From: Squalus acanthias
Taxonomy: Eukaryota
Assembly (NCBI GenBank): GCA_030390025.1
Contig: CM059432.1
Location: 103,790,001 to 103,854,000, forward strand
Length of the DNA: 64,000 nucleotides
Direction: 5' to 3'
The notes below the pieces were generated by a model. The model saw nothing but the letters and a program-made list of their open reading frames with translations. It made no database searches and was not told the origin of the DNA. Position numbers and translations under genes: made by a program. This document shows, piece after piece, positions 1 through 11,659 of this stretch. Numbering within the stretch: position 1 is the first letter of the stretch; every line of letters begins with the position of its first letter.

Positions 1-39
1 GCCTTGAATATCTCTTAATGTCTCTCAATGTCTCTTAAT

Positions 40-255
40 CTCTCCTGCTTTCTATCCTATCACTGACCTTCCCTTTTGTTCTTTCATCCCCTCCCCCTTT
101 TCCCAGCCCCTAAACTTGCTTTAAAATCTATTCCATTTCCTGCTTTTTTCCAGTTCTGACGAAAGGTCTTCAACCTGAAACGTTAACTCTGTTTCTCTCT
201 CCACGGATGCTGCCTGGCCTGCTGAGTTTTTCCAGCATTTTCTGTTGTTATTGCT
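40..255 (+). mobile_element. Penelope-like element terminal (pLTR) fragment
   Basis: Pyrimidine-rich lead-in, then CTGACGA-A-AGGT-cttca-ACCT-GAAACGTT hammerhead core and a GATGCTGCC...TCCAGCA tail typical of vertebrate PLE ends; boundaries approximate. Confidence 0.65.
152..188 (+). ncRNA. Minimal type I hammerhead ribozyme motif
   Basis: Helix I AGTT/AACT, CTGACGA at 156-162, helix II AGGT/ACCT, GAAA at 177-180, helix III reduced to palindromic ACGT. Confidence 0.7.
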
Positions 256-639
256 AATTCGCTATTGCCTGTTTTACACTATCACACAAAGCCAAAATGA
301 CCCCCACTGTCTTTTGATGTTGTTTAGCAGTGGGGCGTGGATGTTTACATAGTATTTACAGCACAGAAACAGGCCATTCGGCCCAACTGGTCTATGCCGG
401 TGTTTGTGCTCCACACGAGCCTTCTGTCTTGATGCCACAGTATGAGGAATATGAAATAAATTTTAAGGATTCTCGCTGCTGACATGGAGCTTTACACACT
501 GAGAAAACATATCGGGAATTTGGGAGGAAAGTTAATCGACAGAAAGCCTGCAGGACCTGCTGACCTCTATGCCTGAATTCCCAATATGCACTCCTGGGAA
601 GCAAAGCTCCATGCCAGGAGCGTGGACTCATAAATCACC

Positions 640-990
640 CCTTGAATGTTTTACTGCCCAGTATGTAATGGAGCCCAATAGACCAGGAAGGTGCCAAATT
701 CGATCTTTGTTCTGTGCGGAGGTAGCTGATTTCAGCCAAGGCAGCAATGGGGTAATACAATTGTTATTAGTTGCACAGGACTAGGAAGGGGAAAATGGTA
801 AAGGTTTGTCCTCCTGATCAGTATCCAGTAACTCTTGCTGGAAAGTGCGTGTGTCTGGGTGTTCGATGAGGATAAAATTAGGCTCAACCGTAATATGCCC
901 CACAGTCGAATAGCCTGTCATTACTCACTATTTGGATGAGTGCAGCTAGTGCTTCTGGAACAGTACCCTTGCATGACTCAAATAAAAAGA
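640..990 (+). mobile_element. Ancient SINE-like repeat, family not named (related decayed copies near 14940-15090, 41510-41732/44934-44990 and 63560-63930)
   Basis: Blocks such as GACCAGGAAGGT, TATCCAGT and CACAGTCGAATAGCCTG recur in diverged form elsewhere in the window. Confidence 0.45.
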
Positions 991-2328
991 GAATATATGT
1001 GAGTCAGAAGAGGAATGTGATAATGTCAGGTAGGTTTGCAAATACATATCTTGGGCAACACTATGGTTGATCTGAAAAGAGAAGTGATCCTTTCCGGAAT
1101 GATCCGTGAAGCCCTGTACTAAGTGAAGGTTTCACCCATGTCCAGTCAGGTTGCCATGGTTTTCCTTTCAACAAGTTAGATATCTGAACTGTTTCAGGGT
1201 TTCAATTGTGTCATTGAAGAGTTAAGAATAATAATTCTTTAGTTATTTTAGCACCAAAATAAAATGAAAAACAGAATAATTATAAATGCTAATTTTGGGA
1301 TTTAATAAGACTGTTAATCTTGAAGATCAAAATGCAATTATATGGAAAGAATTATTAAATATTAAATGGATAAAAGGTAATTTATATGTTTTTTTAAATT
1401 TAAGTCCATGAGGTAAGGTGATAGTTTTCCACATGATAAGAATGAGAAGAAACATTCAAAGGAGTTTTAAATTGCCTAACTCAAAAAAAATTTAATTTTA
1501 AATGCCACTGAAGTTATATTATTAAATATGATGTAAAATGATTTTCTCATTAAATATGGGGTAGAGTCTGCACCCACCTGTGCCACTTGTGAGGCACAGA
1601 ATGGGGGCAGGGATCAGAAAATTGGACAAGCAAGCTTTACACATGTTTTGCAGTCAATCCCTTCTGCTCACAATTTTACAGCTGGCTACATTTCATGTCC
1701 TAAAGTACTTAGCTTCATTAAGCCATCAGAATTCATGGAGAATATTTAAATGAATACCTGGTGCAATTTGAGCCCTGATTACACTTTTTACCTTCAAAGC
1801 CCATTTTAAAGGGAAACTCCTTGTGATGGAGCTCTTAAAGGGACCAGACTTTGTATTATTTTGCTGTTGCAATGCTTACGGTACCTCTTTAGTAATATGT
1901 TTTTATTAGATCTTTTTCAGTATTTCTGATTTTTTTAATTAATATTTATTTTTGGAATATTTTGGGGGGAACTATTTTTACTTATTCATTACACAGAAAC
2001 ATCGAATCTAGGAGCAGGAGTAGGCCATTCAGCCCATCGAGCCTGCTCCACCATTCAATACGATCATGGCTGATCATTACAGTAAGCTTGTTTTTAAAGT
2101 GCTGAAAATAAATCAACTTTTGACCATAAAATTACTTGAAAGTGAACTTCAACAGAAGAGGAACAGCTGAAACAAGAGGGCACATTAACAGGGGTTCTTC
2201 CAAAACCAACTTTCATGGGAGCTCAGGGAGCCATAAAGCATCCAAATGCAAGATGCAGAATCCCATGAAGGGCAGCATGTGAAGGTAAAGTTACTAAGAA
2301 TTATTACTTTGGATGGGCCAGAAATAGA

Positions 2329-3792
2329 GGGGGGAATTTTAACCTAAAAAAATGGGTGGGTTGTGGGCGTGGGGATGGTTAAAGTGTTAAAAATGTGAAT
2401 CCCGACCTGAACCCAGCTCCGGTTTTAATGGAGGCAGGCCGGTGGGGGGGTGGGGGGCAGGCGGGTAGCCGATGCACTGCCAGGAGGCGGGTCGACTGTT
2501 TAAATGTTATAATGAGGCTGGGAGCCTCTTCTTTAACCTCCATTTTGTATCTAACTGTAGCTGGTCAGGTTTTGCACACCTCATGAAACCCACCTGCTAA
2601 TGCAAGGCGAGCACTGCTGCATCCAGGAGGTAAGTGTCTTTACACTAACCTCCTGAATCCAGGGTCCCTGCCTCACCCACCCCCGCGATCGGAGACCTCC
2701 CACGAGGCCACCGATCACCACCACCATCCCCCCAGGCCTCCGATCACGCCTGCCCCAGGCCTCCGATCTCGCCTGCCCCAGGCCTCCAATCATGCCTGCC
2801 CCAGGCCTCTGATCACGCCTGCCCCTGGCCTCCGATTCCCATCCCCCAAGCCTCCGATTCCCACCCCCCCCAGGCCTCCGATTCCCACCCCCCCAGGCCT
2901 CTAATTCCCACCCCCCCCCCCGGCCTCTGATTCCCACCCCCCCAGGCCTCTGATTCCCACCCCCCCACAGGCCTCCCCCCAAGACTCCAGTCACCCCCCA
3001 GGCCTCCGATTCCCACCCCCCCAGGCCTCTGATTCCCACCCCCCCCAGGCCTCTGATTCCCACCCCCCCCAGGCCTCTGATTCCCACCCCCCCCCATGCC
3101 TCTGATTCCCACCCCCCCAGGCCTCCGGTTCCCACCCCAACAGGCCTCCGATTCCCACCCCCCCAGGCCTCCGATTCCCACCCCCCCAGGCCTCCGATTC
3201 CCACCCCCCCAGGCCTCCCCCCAAAGACTCCAATCACCCCCCCAGGCCTCCGGTCCTCCCCATGAAGCCGCCCCCCATGCTGCCCCTCTGGCTTCCGATC
3301 CCTTCAGACCCCTCACCTGCTGCTCCCGGCCCCCGATCATTACCCAACCCGCCCACCCGCCGCTCCTCCGACCCGCAATGTTCTGGACCCCCTCTCTCCC
3401 CACCCCCCCCCCCCCTACACCTCAAGGCCACTGCCGATCTTATCTGATCCCCCCCGACACCTCAAGGCCACCGATCTTTTCGCAACCCCCCACCCTCCAC
3501 ACCTCAAGATTGCCCCCTATCTTTTCAGCCCACTCCCCTTCTCCCCCGGCCCCCACGCGGTCCCTCCCTCCCTCCCTCCTTCCTCTGTGCGGCCTAGTGC
3601 CACAGTCCTACCCGCCCGGAGCCAGCCAGCCTCTCAATGTGGCTGGCTTCGGGTGGGAAACAGAGGTCTTCCATTCAAATCAGGCCCTCCCGTCAAATTC
3701 GGCAGGGCCTGCGGGAAACCTGTTCTCCCGGGTTTCCCGACCGCCTCGAAGCCCCCCTGCACCCAACCTATCTTTCTCATTAAAATTCAGCC
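2329..3792. mobile_element. Non-autonomous Harbinger-like element carrying a C-rich minisatellite
   Basis: Ends GGGGGGAATTTTAA ... TTAAAATTCAGCC with AGA on both sides; homologous to 11442-14601. Confidence 0.7.
2725..3255. repeat. Minisatellite, ~22-24 bp unit CCCCCCAGGCCTCCGATTCCCA
   Basis: Direct tandem repetition; explains the GGWESEAWGG pseudo-ORFs. Confidence 0.95.
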
Positions 3793-4711
3793 AGAGTATT
3801 TTAAGGTTAAAATTACACAAGATAATCTGGCAGCAGCATTGGGCTACCTGCATGCACCATTATGCCACTAACCATATCTTCAGCTCCTGACAATGACCAC
3901 AAGGAACTGGCTCCACAGCATCCAGGTCAGCATCGGGTCAGTTGCAGAATTGTGCCATCTGCTGCAAAAATACCTGCAGCCAATCAACACCATAGCGAAG
4001 GCACTGCCAGTCACAGTCAAGGCCAAGTCTTCCCTCAGCCACCTCATGCCCAGCAGATAAGCTCCAGGACCAGTTTTCCACTCCCATCTGTTCGAGTTAT
4101 ACTGAGGGGCTGATGTAAGTGTGAAATGTTTTAACTGGAAAGACTTGTAGGCATTGTTTCGGGCAGTTCAATCAAACAAAATGCTTGACAACTTCTGGAC
4201 AGTGCAACATTATTGGCACCTGCGAGTAACTGTGCATCTGTCTTCCTGGGGGGAATGGGGGAAGTAACGTAATGGAAGAAAAGCCACCCATCTTGCTTTG
4301 AATTGTAAAATCACTGCATTATATATTTTTTCACATGAACTTTTAGCTAGGCCCATTGTGAATTTAAGATGAACCTGCTTTCTAAAAAAAAAAATCTGTT
4401 GTTTTTTTTTATGGGAGAAAGTGAGACAATGCACAAATCTGACTAGACATATAGGCCCCAATATTTATTCGGAGACGTGTTGGGAGCGCTATTGCGCGGG
4501 AAACCCGGAAGTAAGGTCAGCGCATCTGTCTGTGACTTTTTAACTGAGCCAGTTCATTATCATTTTACTTCCGGGTTTTCCATCCAATCCGCGGCAGTGG
4601 GCGTGATGAGGACCTGCATGACGCAATCTCAACTCCAGTATTTAAAGGGCTAATCCAAAGGTACAATTTGGAGGAGTTGGAATTGAGAAGAGGAGAAGAG
4701 GAAGTTCAGGA

Positions 4712-7700
4712 ATGGATTTGAGACAGGCAAAGGCTGTGCCGCGTTTCAGTTGATGTGTTGTTGGGGGCTGTGAGGAGCCGGAGGGAAATACTCTACCCCA
4801 GCAATGGAAGGAAGAAACCTGCTGGTGAAACCAAGAAGGTGTGGCTGGAGGTGGCTCAGGAGGTGAGTAGCAGGAGCATTGTGCCATGCTCATGGATTCA
4901 GTGCAGGAAGCGCTTTAATTACCTAAACAGGTCAAGAAAGGTGAGTACAGTTGCACAGTCACCTACATCCTGCTGTGTGGACCACCCCAACCCCTCACTC
5001 TGCCTTCTCAAGCCTACTCCATCATATCACTCCTCACACCCACTTACCTCTCACGCCCACCCACTCTTCTCTTTCTATGCACTTCCTCAGCTCCCCATCT
5101 ATCCATCCACCACTGCCACTCATCCTTATGCAATGTTATGCATCTCCCTGATAGTCACCCTCACCAAATACACTCCATCCATCAGGTGAACACATCCCAT
5201 TACACTCACTCATAGGTCTGTTGTTTCCCTCATTGCAGGAGAAGATGAACCGAACACGAGGAAGAGGGAGAGAACCAGAGGTGGGCCTCCACACATTTCC
5301 CAGCTCACAAGTGCAGAGGAGGAGGCACTGGAGGTAAGTAGAGTTTCAGCATCCCTGGCTGTCAGAGATAGGGAGATGGGAAGCTTCCAGCTACCTGGTG
5401 ACACAATTAAATATTGTTATAGTAACCCACATGTTATATAGCACTCAGTCATGTTAACTTGATTTCAACAGCGAGTGAAATATGATCATCTTCATAATAT
5501 AAGGTGCAACATTCTTACCTTGCCAGGACTAATTCATAGCTTTTATCTCGGACATGGCCTTCACGCGTTCAGCAGCAGTCGGTGGACATGGTGGACGACG
5601 ATTCCTCAGAGGTGCTGATTCTTTCTGAGGGTGCACCGTCACAGGACGCATGCTTACCATGCACCAGCTCAGATACTTGCACTTCGGTGGGACCATTTAG
5701 AGAGATAGTTGGGTTTTCACCTGGTGACTCACACGTCACAAGTGAGCAAGAGCAGGTGGTGGTGGCAGGGACAGCAGTGGAGTGTCTGCGTCGGAGGGCA
5801 CAGCCCTCTCCAAGATCTGCTGAGCTGGACACAGATCCTGTGCCCCGGTGTCCGTTGATGAAAAGGAGAATCATTGGACAGCAGCAGACAATGTGCGATG
5901 CACTGACAGGCCTTCCAAGCACAAAGGTGTCCTCCTCAAATATGAGTGGTGTAAGGGGTTACGGTTCAGGGTGCTTGTGCGAGGTTAGGCCTTATTGCTT
6001 GCTCTGGTCTCCAGCCAGCCTTGTAGCACTAAACACCTGTGAGTGGTTCGACCCACTCGCCCTTACGGTTCTGACACTGGGCTTAGGTGCGAGAGCAGTA
6101 ATGCAGAGAAAACTCAGGTAGACCCGGTCGAATAGTACGAAATGGAAATCTTTATTGCATATTGTTCAGAATTACGAAATACATGTCATAAGCACAGATT
6201 AATGACAGTACAAGCTTACATACATTTATTAAACTAAGTTTTGGGAAACGAGGAGCGCACGACACATCGTAAAAGGGGACACACATTATAATTATCCTTA
6301 ATGAACCCCCCTCCCCTATCAATGCCTGCTCTAATCTAGATATGTAGGATCGAGAAACATGCTCACCACTCATAATACCTCGGAGAATTCTAAAACGGCG
6401 CTCGGCTGTTTTCGCTGCAACACCTGACCGTTCACGTGTTGACCAGGGGTCTCTGTACCCCACTTGTTTATTTTCTCTGCTGCTGCAAGCAGGCTGGGCT
6501 CCCCGTTGTCATGAAGAACTCGACAGTGCTCGGGCCCGGCTGTAGAACTCAAAGAAAAGTCTTTCTGGACCGACACCAGTTAGCCGGTAGAATTCAAAGA
6601 AGAGTCTTTGACCAGTTCATGCAGTAACCTGTAGAGTTCAAAAATGGTCTTTATATTTATGGGCGCGGTCGGGGTTTACTGACCGCGGCGGCACGTGGAT
6701 TCTTCTTCTTCTCTTCTCATCTCATCTCCTCAGGCCTTCGGGTCCAGACACCGTTTACCGACCTTCGGGATGGTGCACCAGATTTCGCAGCGCGCCACGA
6801 GGTCGACCCCAAAAGGGATCAGCGGAACAAGAGAGAATAACGGTCATCCGGGATAAGAGCCAAGAGACGATTCCAAGCGAATGAAAAGGATAAGAGAGCG
6901 ATGGATGTTTGGACACTACAGTTATAGTACTGTAATTCCTTATCTCTCGCCCAAACTTAATGTTCATCTTTTGTCATGTTTTGGCGCTCAAACTTCTTGT
7001 ATGGGGTGGTTCTTGTCGTTAATGGGTTTCGGTGATACTTGTAACTGTCTAAGTACCCGTTAATATTTCTCCCATTGTGGAACCGGCTAGGAGTCTCCCT
7101 GGAGGGGTTTTGGGGGCCTCCGAATTCTTGCTGTGAGTACCCGCAAACGGCTCTCATCGTAGAGCCGCGGGGAATTTGCGTATCAATGTCTTTGGATGGG
7201 CCCTTGATTGCTCAGTACAATAGCCCTAGTTTGTGTATGGAAAACCGATTCCAGCACTTATATTTCTTGCTTAGGTGTCAAAAATGCAAAACGATCGCGT
7301 CTTGTCTTATATCAATGTATGCTGAGTCCTGTCCGATCTTGCTGAAATGTTTATTGGAACGCCATCTTGTCTGCCTACTGAAAGTCTAGAAACTTCTGCC
7401 ACGAGGCGCGGCGGCCATTTTACAGGCTTCTTGTGTCCGTTTTGAAACCTGACAGCATTTTGCTGAAATAAAACTGTTTTAACGAATCTGTGTCTCTTTT
7501 TCTCGTTATTTCGAAATCGCGATAATTTGCGAATTTTACAGTGGGTTGATGTTGCAGGGTGTTGCGATGATGTGTTCTTCCATGGATGGAGTGGCCAGCG
7601 CCAAGGAACATCAAACTCTCCAAACAAATGAGGCCATGCAGGCCTTGACCACGGCCATGCACACTTTGGATGCCAACATGTCTGCCACCTTAAATAGGAT

Positions 7701-8100
7701 GACAGATACCTTGGCCTTGTCCTTACAGTGCCGCACTGATCTACACCAAAGTGCTCTCCAGCACAGTGGTAGCAGTGAAATGTGGCTGGACCATGAGAAG
7801 GATGATGCCGAAAGGGGACATGGAAATGGGGACTCCATTCAAAGCACTACCACTTCTCACCCATTGCCCTCCGACCCCCACTGCTCAGTCAGTAGCCCAC
7901 ATGCTGCCTCGTGTCTCGATGACCAAGTCTGCTCTGCACAGGTGCAGGTGGAGCAATCTTTGGCGTGGCCCTCATGGGCTCCAAAACCCAGAGGTCGTCG
8001 GCCAAGAGCATCTCAGCAGACAGAGCAGGGCTGTGAGCAGCCTGCCTCTACCTCTGTTCATGCCACAGGGGTTGCAGCATGTAGGAGTGGTAGGAAATGA
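4712..8100 (+). pseudogene. Harbinger Myb/SANT-like (trihelix) DNA-binding partner gene; exons ~4712-4940, 5239-5397, ~5550-8100 (split by the LTR)
   Basis: WLEVAQEVSSRSIVPCSWIQCRKRFNYL motif; AAG|GTGAGT and TTGCAG|GAG splice sites; frameshifts and stops. Confidence 0.8.
5950..7540 (-). mobile_element. Solo LTR (1591 bp) of an LTR retrotransposon or endogenous retrovirus
   Basis: TGTAA...TTACA termini, 4-bp TSD GTGG (5946-5949, 7541-7544), AATAAA on minus strand near 6151; second copy at 40034-41447. Confidence 0.85.
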
Positions 8101-8424
8101 AGAGTAAAGCTTTGTAGTTGCACAAGGGTATGCACCTGGGTGTACAATAAAATGTAATGTTGCTAAGTTTCTGTTCAGTTAAAGCACATAAATATTGTAA
8201 CACATTCCCATCTTGCCCATTCTCGGTTGCTGGTTGGCAAGTCGCATTTTATATTGTTTGATGTTGAATAGGTAGACATGAATTGACGGGTACCAATGGG
8301 GGATGTGCAAGGGGTGGTTGGTGGTTTGCAGGGCTGCTTTGTGTCAGTGGCATTGGGGGGTGGGTGAGTGCGTCTGGAAGATTGGCCGTTGCATGTGCTT
8401 GTGACAAGGGTCCACTGGTGCAAG

Positions 8425-9574
8425 CTAAGTGAACCTTGCAGTAATACGAGCATCCCTGCCATCCCGGGCAGCAATGTGAGCAGCTGGTGGTGCATTGCTC
8501 TCATCTCCTTCCTCCTCCTTGTCTTCCTCCTTCTCTGAATCATCCAAAGAGGATCTGCGCTCTGTGCCTTGTTCCTCCTGCAGGTTCAGAGCTCGTGCAG
8601 AGTGCAGCACACCTTGGCCATTCTGGAGACCCTGGCTGGTGCGTACTGAAGGGTGCCTCCAGATCTGTTGAGGCACCTGAAGCGCATCTTCAGCATGGCT
8701 TGTTCGATCACACATATGATGGTCATATGGCATTCATTGTAGCGCTGTTGAGCTTCATTGGTCGCCTTTCTGACGAATGTCATCAGCCAAGTTTGAAGTA
8801 GGTATGCCTTGTCTCCTAGCAGTCACCCCTTAAGTCTACTTGCAGGTCTGAAGACGTTAGGGAGCTTGAACTGCCGCAGGACGAAAGCATCATGGCAGCT
8901 CCTCGGGAATCTTGTGCACACCTGCATACATATCTTTTTGTGGTTGCACACCAGCTGCACATGGAATGGAAGTCCTTGTGGTTGATGAATACTCTTGGTT
9001 GATCTGGGGTTGCCTGGATTGCGGGTGTGTGCAGTTGATGACACCCGTCACCTGTGGGAAGCCAGCCAGTGATACATACCCAAGGGCCCACTCATTTTGA
9101 CTGGCATCATCGCAGGCGAAGTTCACATAATTGCTGGCCCTGGCAAACTACCCATCAGTCACCTGTCTTATGCATTTGTGGGCCACTGACTGGGAGATCC
9201 TGGATATGTCTCCGGCAGAGCCCTAGAACGATCCGGACGCAATAAAGTTGATCAGGTGATTTGATAGCCCGGTCCAGCAGGCAGCAGGTCTTCTTCTAGC
9301 AGGCTGCAGATGTCTGGCACCACCTGATGCGACAACCTGAGCCTCCTGAGACACTGCCATTTAGACATGTCAAGGAAACTGAGCCTCTGCCTGTACACCC
9401 TGTGTCACGGGTAGTGCCTCCTGCGAGCTGTACCCCACTGCTCTCCCCTCTCTGCTGCTCCCCTCTCTGCTGTCCAGCTATAAGTCTATGAGCAGCTGGC
9501 TGCTGCTGCTGCTGGTGCTGGTCACATTGGTCCTCGTCCGAGGTTCAATCTTCAGCAGCCAAAGCGCCACGCAT
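8425..9574 (-). pseudogene. Harbinger DDE transposase (HARBI1-like), frameshifted
   Basis: Fragments LAGFPQVTGVINCTH, QLVCNHKK...[32 protein letters not shown] and C-terminal ARDGRDARITARF align with the intact ORF at 24605. Confidence 0.9.
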
Positions 9575-10129
9575 CCTGATGTGATTGAGAAAACCTCCAA
9601 AGTGTAGAAAGTCTACTCTCAGTTAAAGTACCGTGAACAAACCCTTTCCCACTAGCAGGTAAGAAAGCAGCTGTGAGTACTGATTATTTATTGCAGTATT
9701 TCCACGAGATTGATTCAGCCCCCTCAATTGCCATTGTGTTCTCGCCTTGCTTTCACTGGCGAGTTTCAGGAAGCTGTTAAATTTAAAAGTCAATTGAAAT
9801 ATCGCTCCAACTGAGCAATTAGCATATGTTAATAGGCAACCTGTCGACTTCCCGACACGCTGACATTTTTGCCAGTTTTAATCCCCCGACTGAACCCAAA
9901 CCCACGCGCTCCTCCAAGTTAAAATTCCCCTCATTGTGTAAGTTGAGCACTGTATCGCTGTTTATCTGCTACATTCCTTTTGCTCCCATGTAATTATGAG
10001 TCTTGTAAATAAATTTAACTACTAGTTTTAGCCTGAACAATATCTCTAACAGCATTGTGTTTTCCACCTTTTGGTTTAGACTGGAGTAAATGGTGGGCAG
10101 CCCCTGCAACTTCTTCATTCCTTTGACTC

Positions 10130-10440
10130 TACCTTTTGTGCATTACTCCTCCCTTCACCTAATCCTCACCCACTCCCTTAGCCCAATCATTAGCGGGCAT
10201 ACCATCAGCTATCTAGGACCCATGTTCTGGAATTCCCTTCCTAAACTCCTCCATCTCTCCACCTCCCGCTTTTCCTTTAAGGCCCTCCTTAAAATTATCT
10301 TCTTTGATCAATCTTTTGGTCATCCCTACTAATATCTCCTTCTTTGTCTCTGCATCCATTTTTGTCTGATTACACCTCTGCCTTGGGAACTTTTGCTACG
10401 TTAAAAGCGCTACATGCATGCAAATTGTTGTTTTTGTTCA
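10130..10440 (+). mobile_element. L2 LINE 3' fragment
   Basis: WNSLP...FKALLK peptide and AAAGCGCTA...GTTGTT tail. Confidence 0.65.
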
Positions 10441-11659
10441 AATATTGTAATCAAAAAATTATTGTTAATCCTGTGGCACTTATTTCCATTTACGGCATTC
10501 ATAGGGGTATAAGCTTCAGATCATAGGAGATTTTGTCTGCCTATGGAATCCAAAATTTACTATAAACACAAATAAAGAGTTGAAAGAGAGCCTAAATTGT
10601 AACAGATTATGATTTAGAAATTAGTCCTCAGAAGCCATTATTGTTTAGAGTTTCTCTCTACTGTTTTAATTTTGTGAGGTTTTGTTCCATTTCCTATGCT
10701 GACACTGCTGCCAAGTGTCAGCACCAACTCTTAGTGTATTCCATTCTGTTGAAGCACCACAATATCTATACAAGAAGATCAACAATTCTGACATTTTTAC
10801 CTGCCCCCTGTCCCCCAATATAAATTTGCAGGAATTTCCCATTGATTTCTGTGAAATTTTATTTAATGTCCAAATACTATGGCTCTTAGATGTTTAGCAG
10901 ACAACAAAAATGTATCCTTGTTTCACAAATCTAAGTTGTATTAGAGCCTACATTTTAATATATACTTAAAACAGTCCCATTTTATAATGTGGTTGATCAA
11001 ATATTCCCTTCAAGAGTTAGTGCTGTGCAGAGTAAACACATTTGTCCACGATCTCATGCATTTTGATATGTTTAATGTAGCTGTTGTTTTTCTTGTTTAC
11101 TATTATAGCAAGACAAACAAACCAAGGTTATTCCAGAAAAACATTTTACATCAACTAGCTCTGTTGAAGGAACAGGTGCATGTCGGTGTATTGTTAACCA
11201 ACTATTATATAAACAGCTGACCCAACAAAGCGCAGTTAACAACATCTTTTGTCCTCACATTTCAAGACATTCATCCTCTCTGATTCACCTTGGCAACCAT
11301 TTAGAGAGAGACCAGTAAAATCTGTCTGACGCCAACACTGAATTAATGAAACAGAACAAGATAGAATTCTTTTAACTTCTGAGTAGTTTGCATGATTTGT
11401 TCAAACAGGTAACCACAGTAATTGTTACAGGCAAACGCGTTGGGGGGAATTTAAACCCCAAAAAAGGGGGGGTTGGGGTCAGCTGGGAGGTTAAAGTGTT
11501 AAAAATATGAATTCCGACCCCAACCCGCCCACTTCCGGTTTTAACGAAGGCGGGTCAGGGGGCGAGCAACCAACCCGCTTGCAGGAGGCGGGTTGGCACT
11601 TTAAATATTATAATGAGGCTGCATGCCTCATTTTGAAGCTCTGTTTTAAATTTAACATT

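Larger units (their letters stand above)
4454..9932 (-). mobile_element. Decayed full-length PIF/Harbinger transposon (convergent Myb/SANT and transposase genes) interrupted by a solo LTR
   Basis: Degenerate TIRs GGCCCCAATATTT / AAAATTCCCCTC; remnants of both genes inside. Confidence 0.8.

Noticed and set aside
2581..3890. Long Gly/Pro-rich ORFs (also 13744-14556)
   Set aside because: Translation of stop-poor minisatellites; open in several frames on both strands.
3890..4040. Faint Harbinger transposase remnants (also ~16000-16330 minus) and partner-like remnants (~15650-15770, 33500-34700)
   Set aside because: Short peptide echoes such as VAELCHLLQKYLQP are visible but too decayed to delimit as features.
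6152..7662. Short ORFs in the LTR as viral accessory genes
   Set aside because: Not preserved as matching ORFs in the second LTR copy and no recognisable motifs.
11109..11408. Candidate exon after an AG at 11108
   Set aside because: All frames meet stops before the donor at 11409; the shorter version has only a weak donor.
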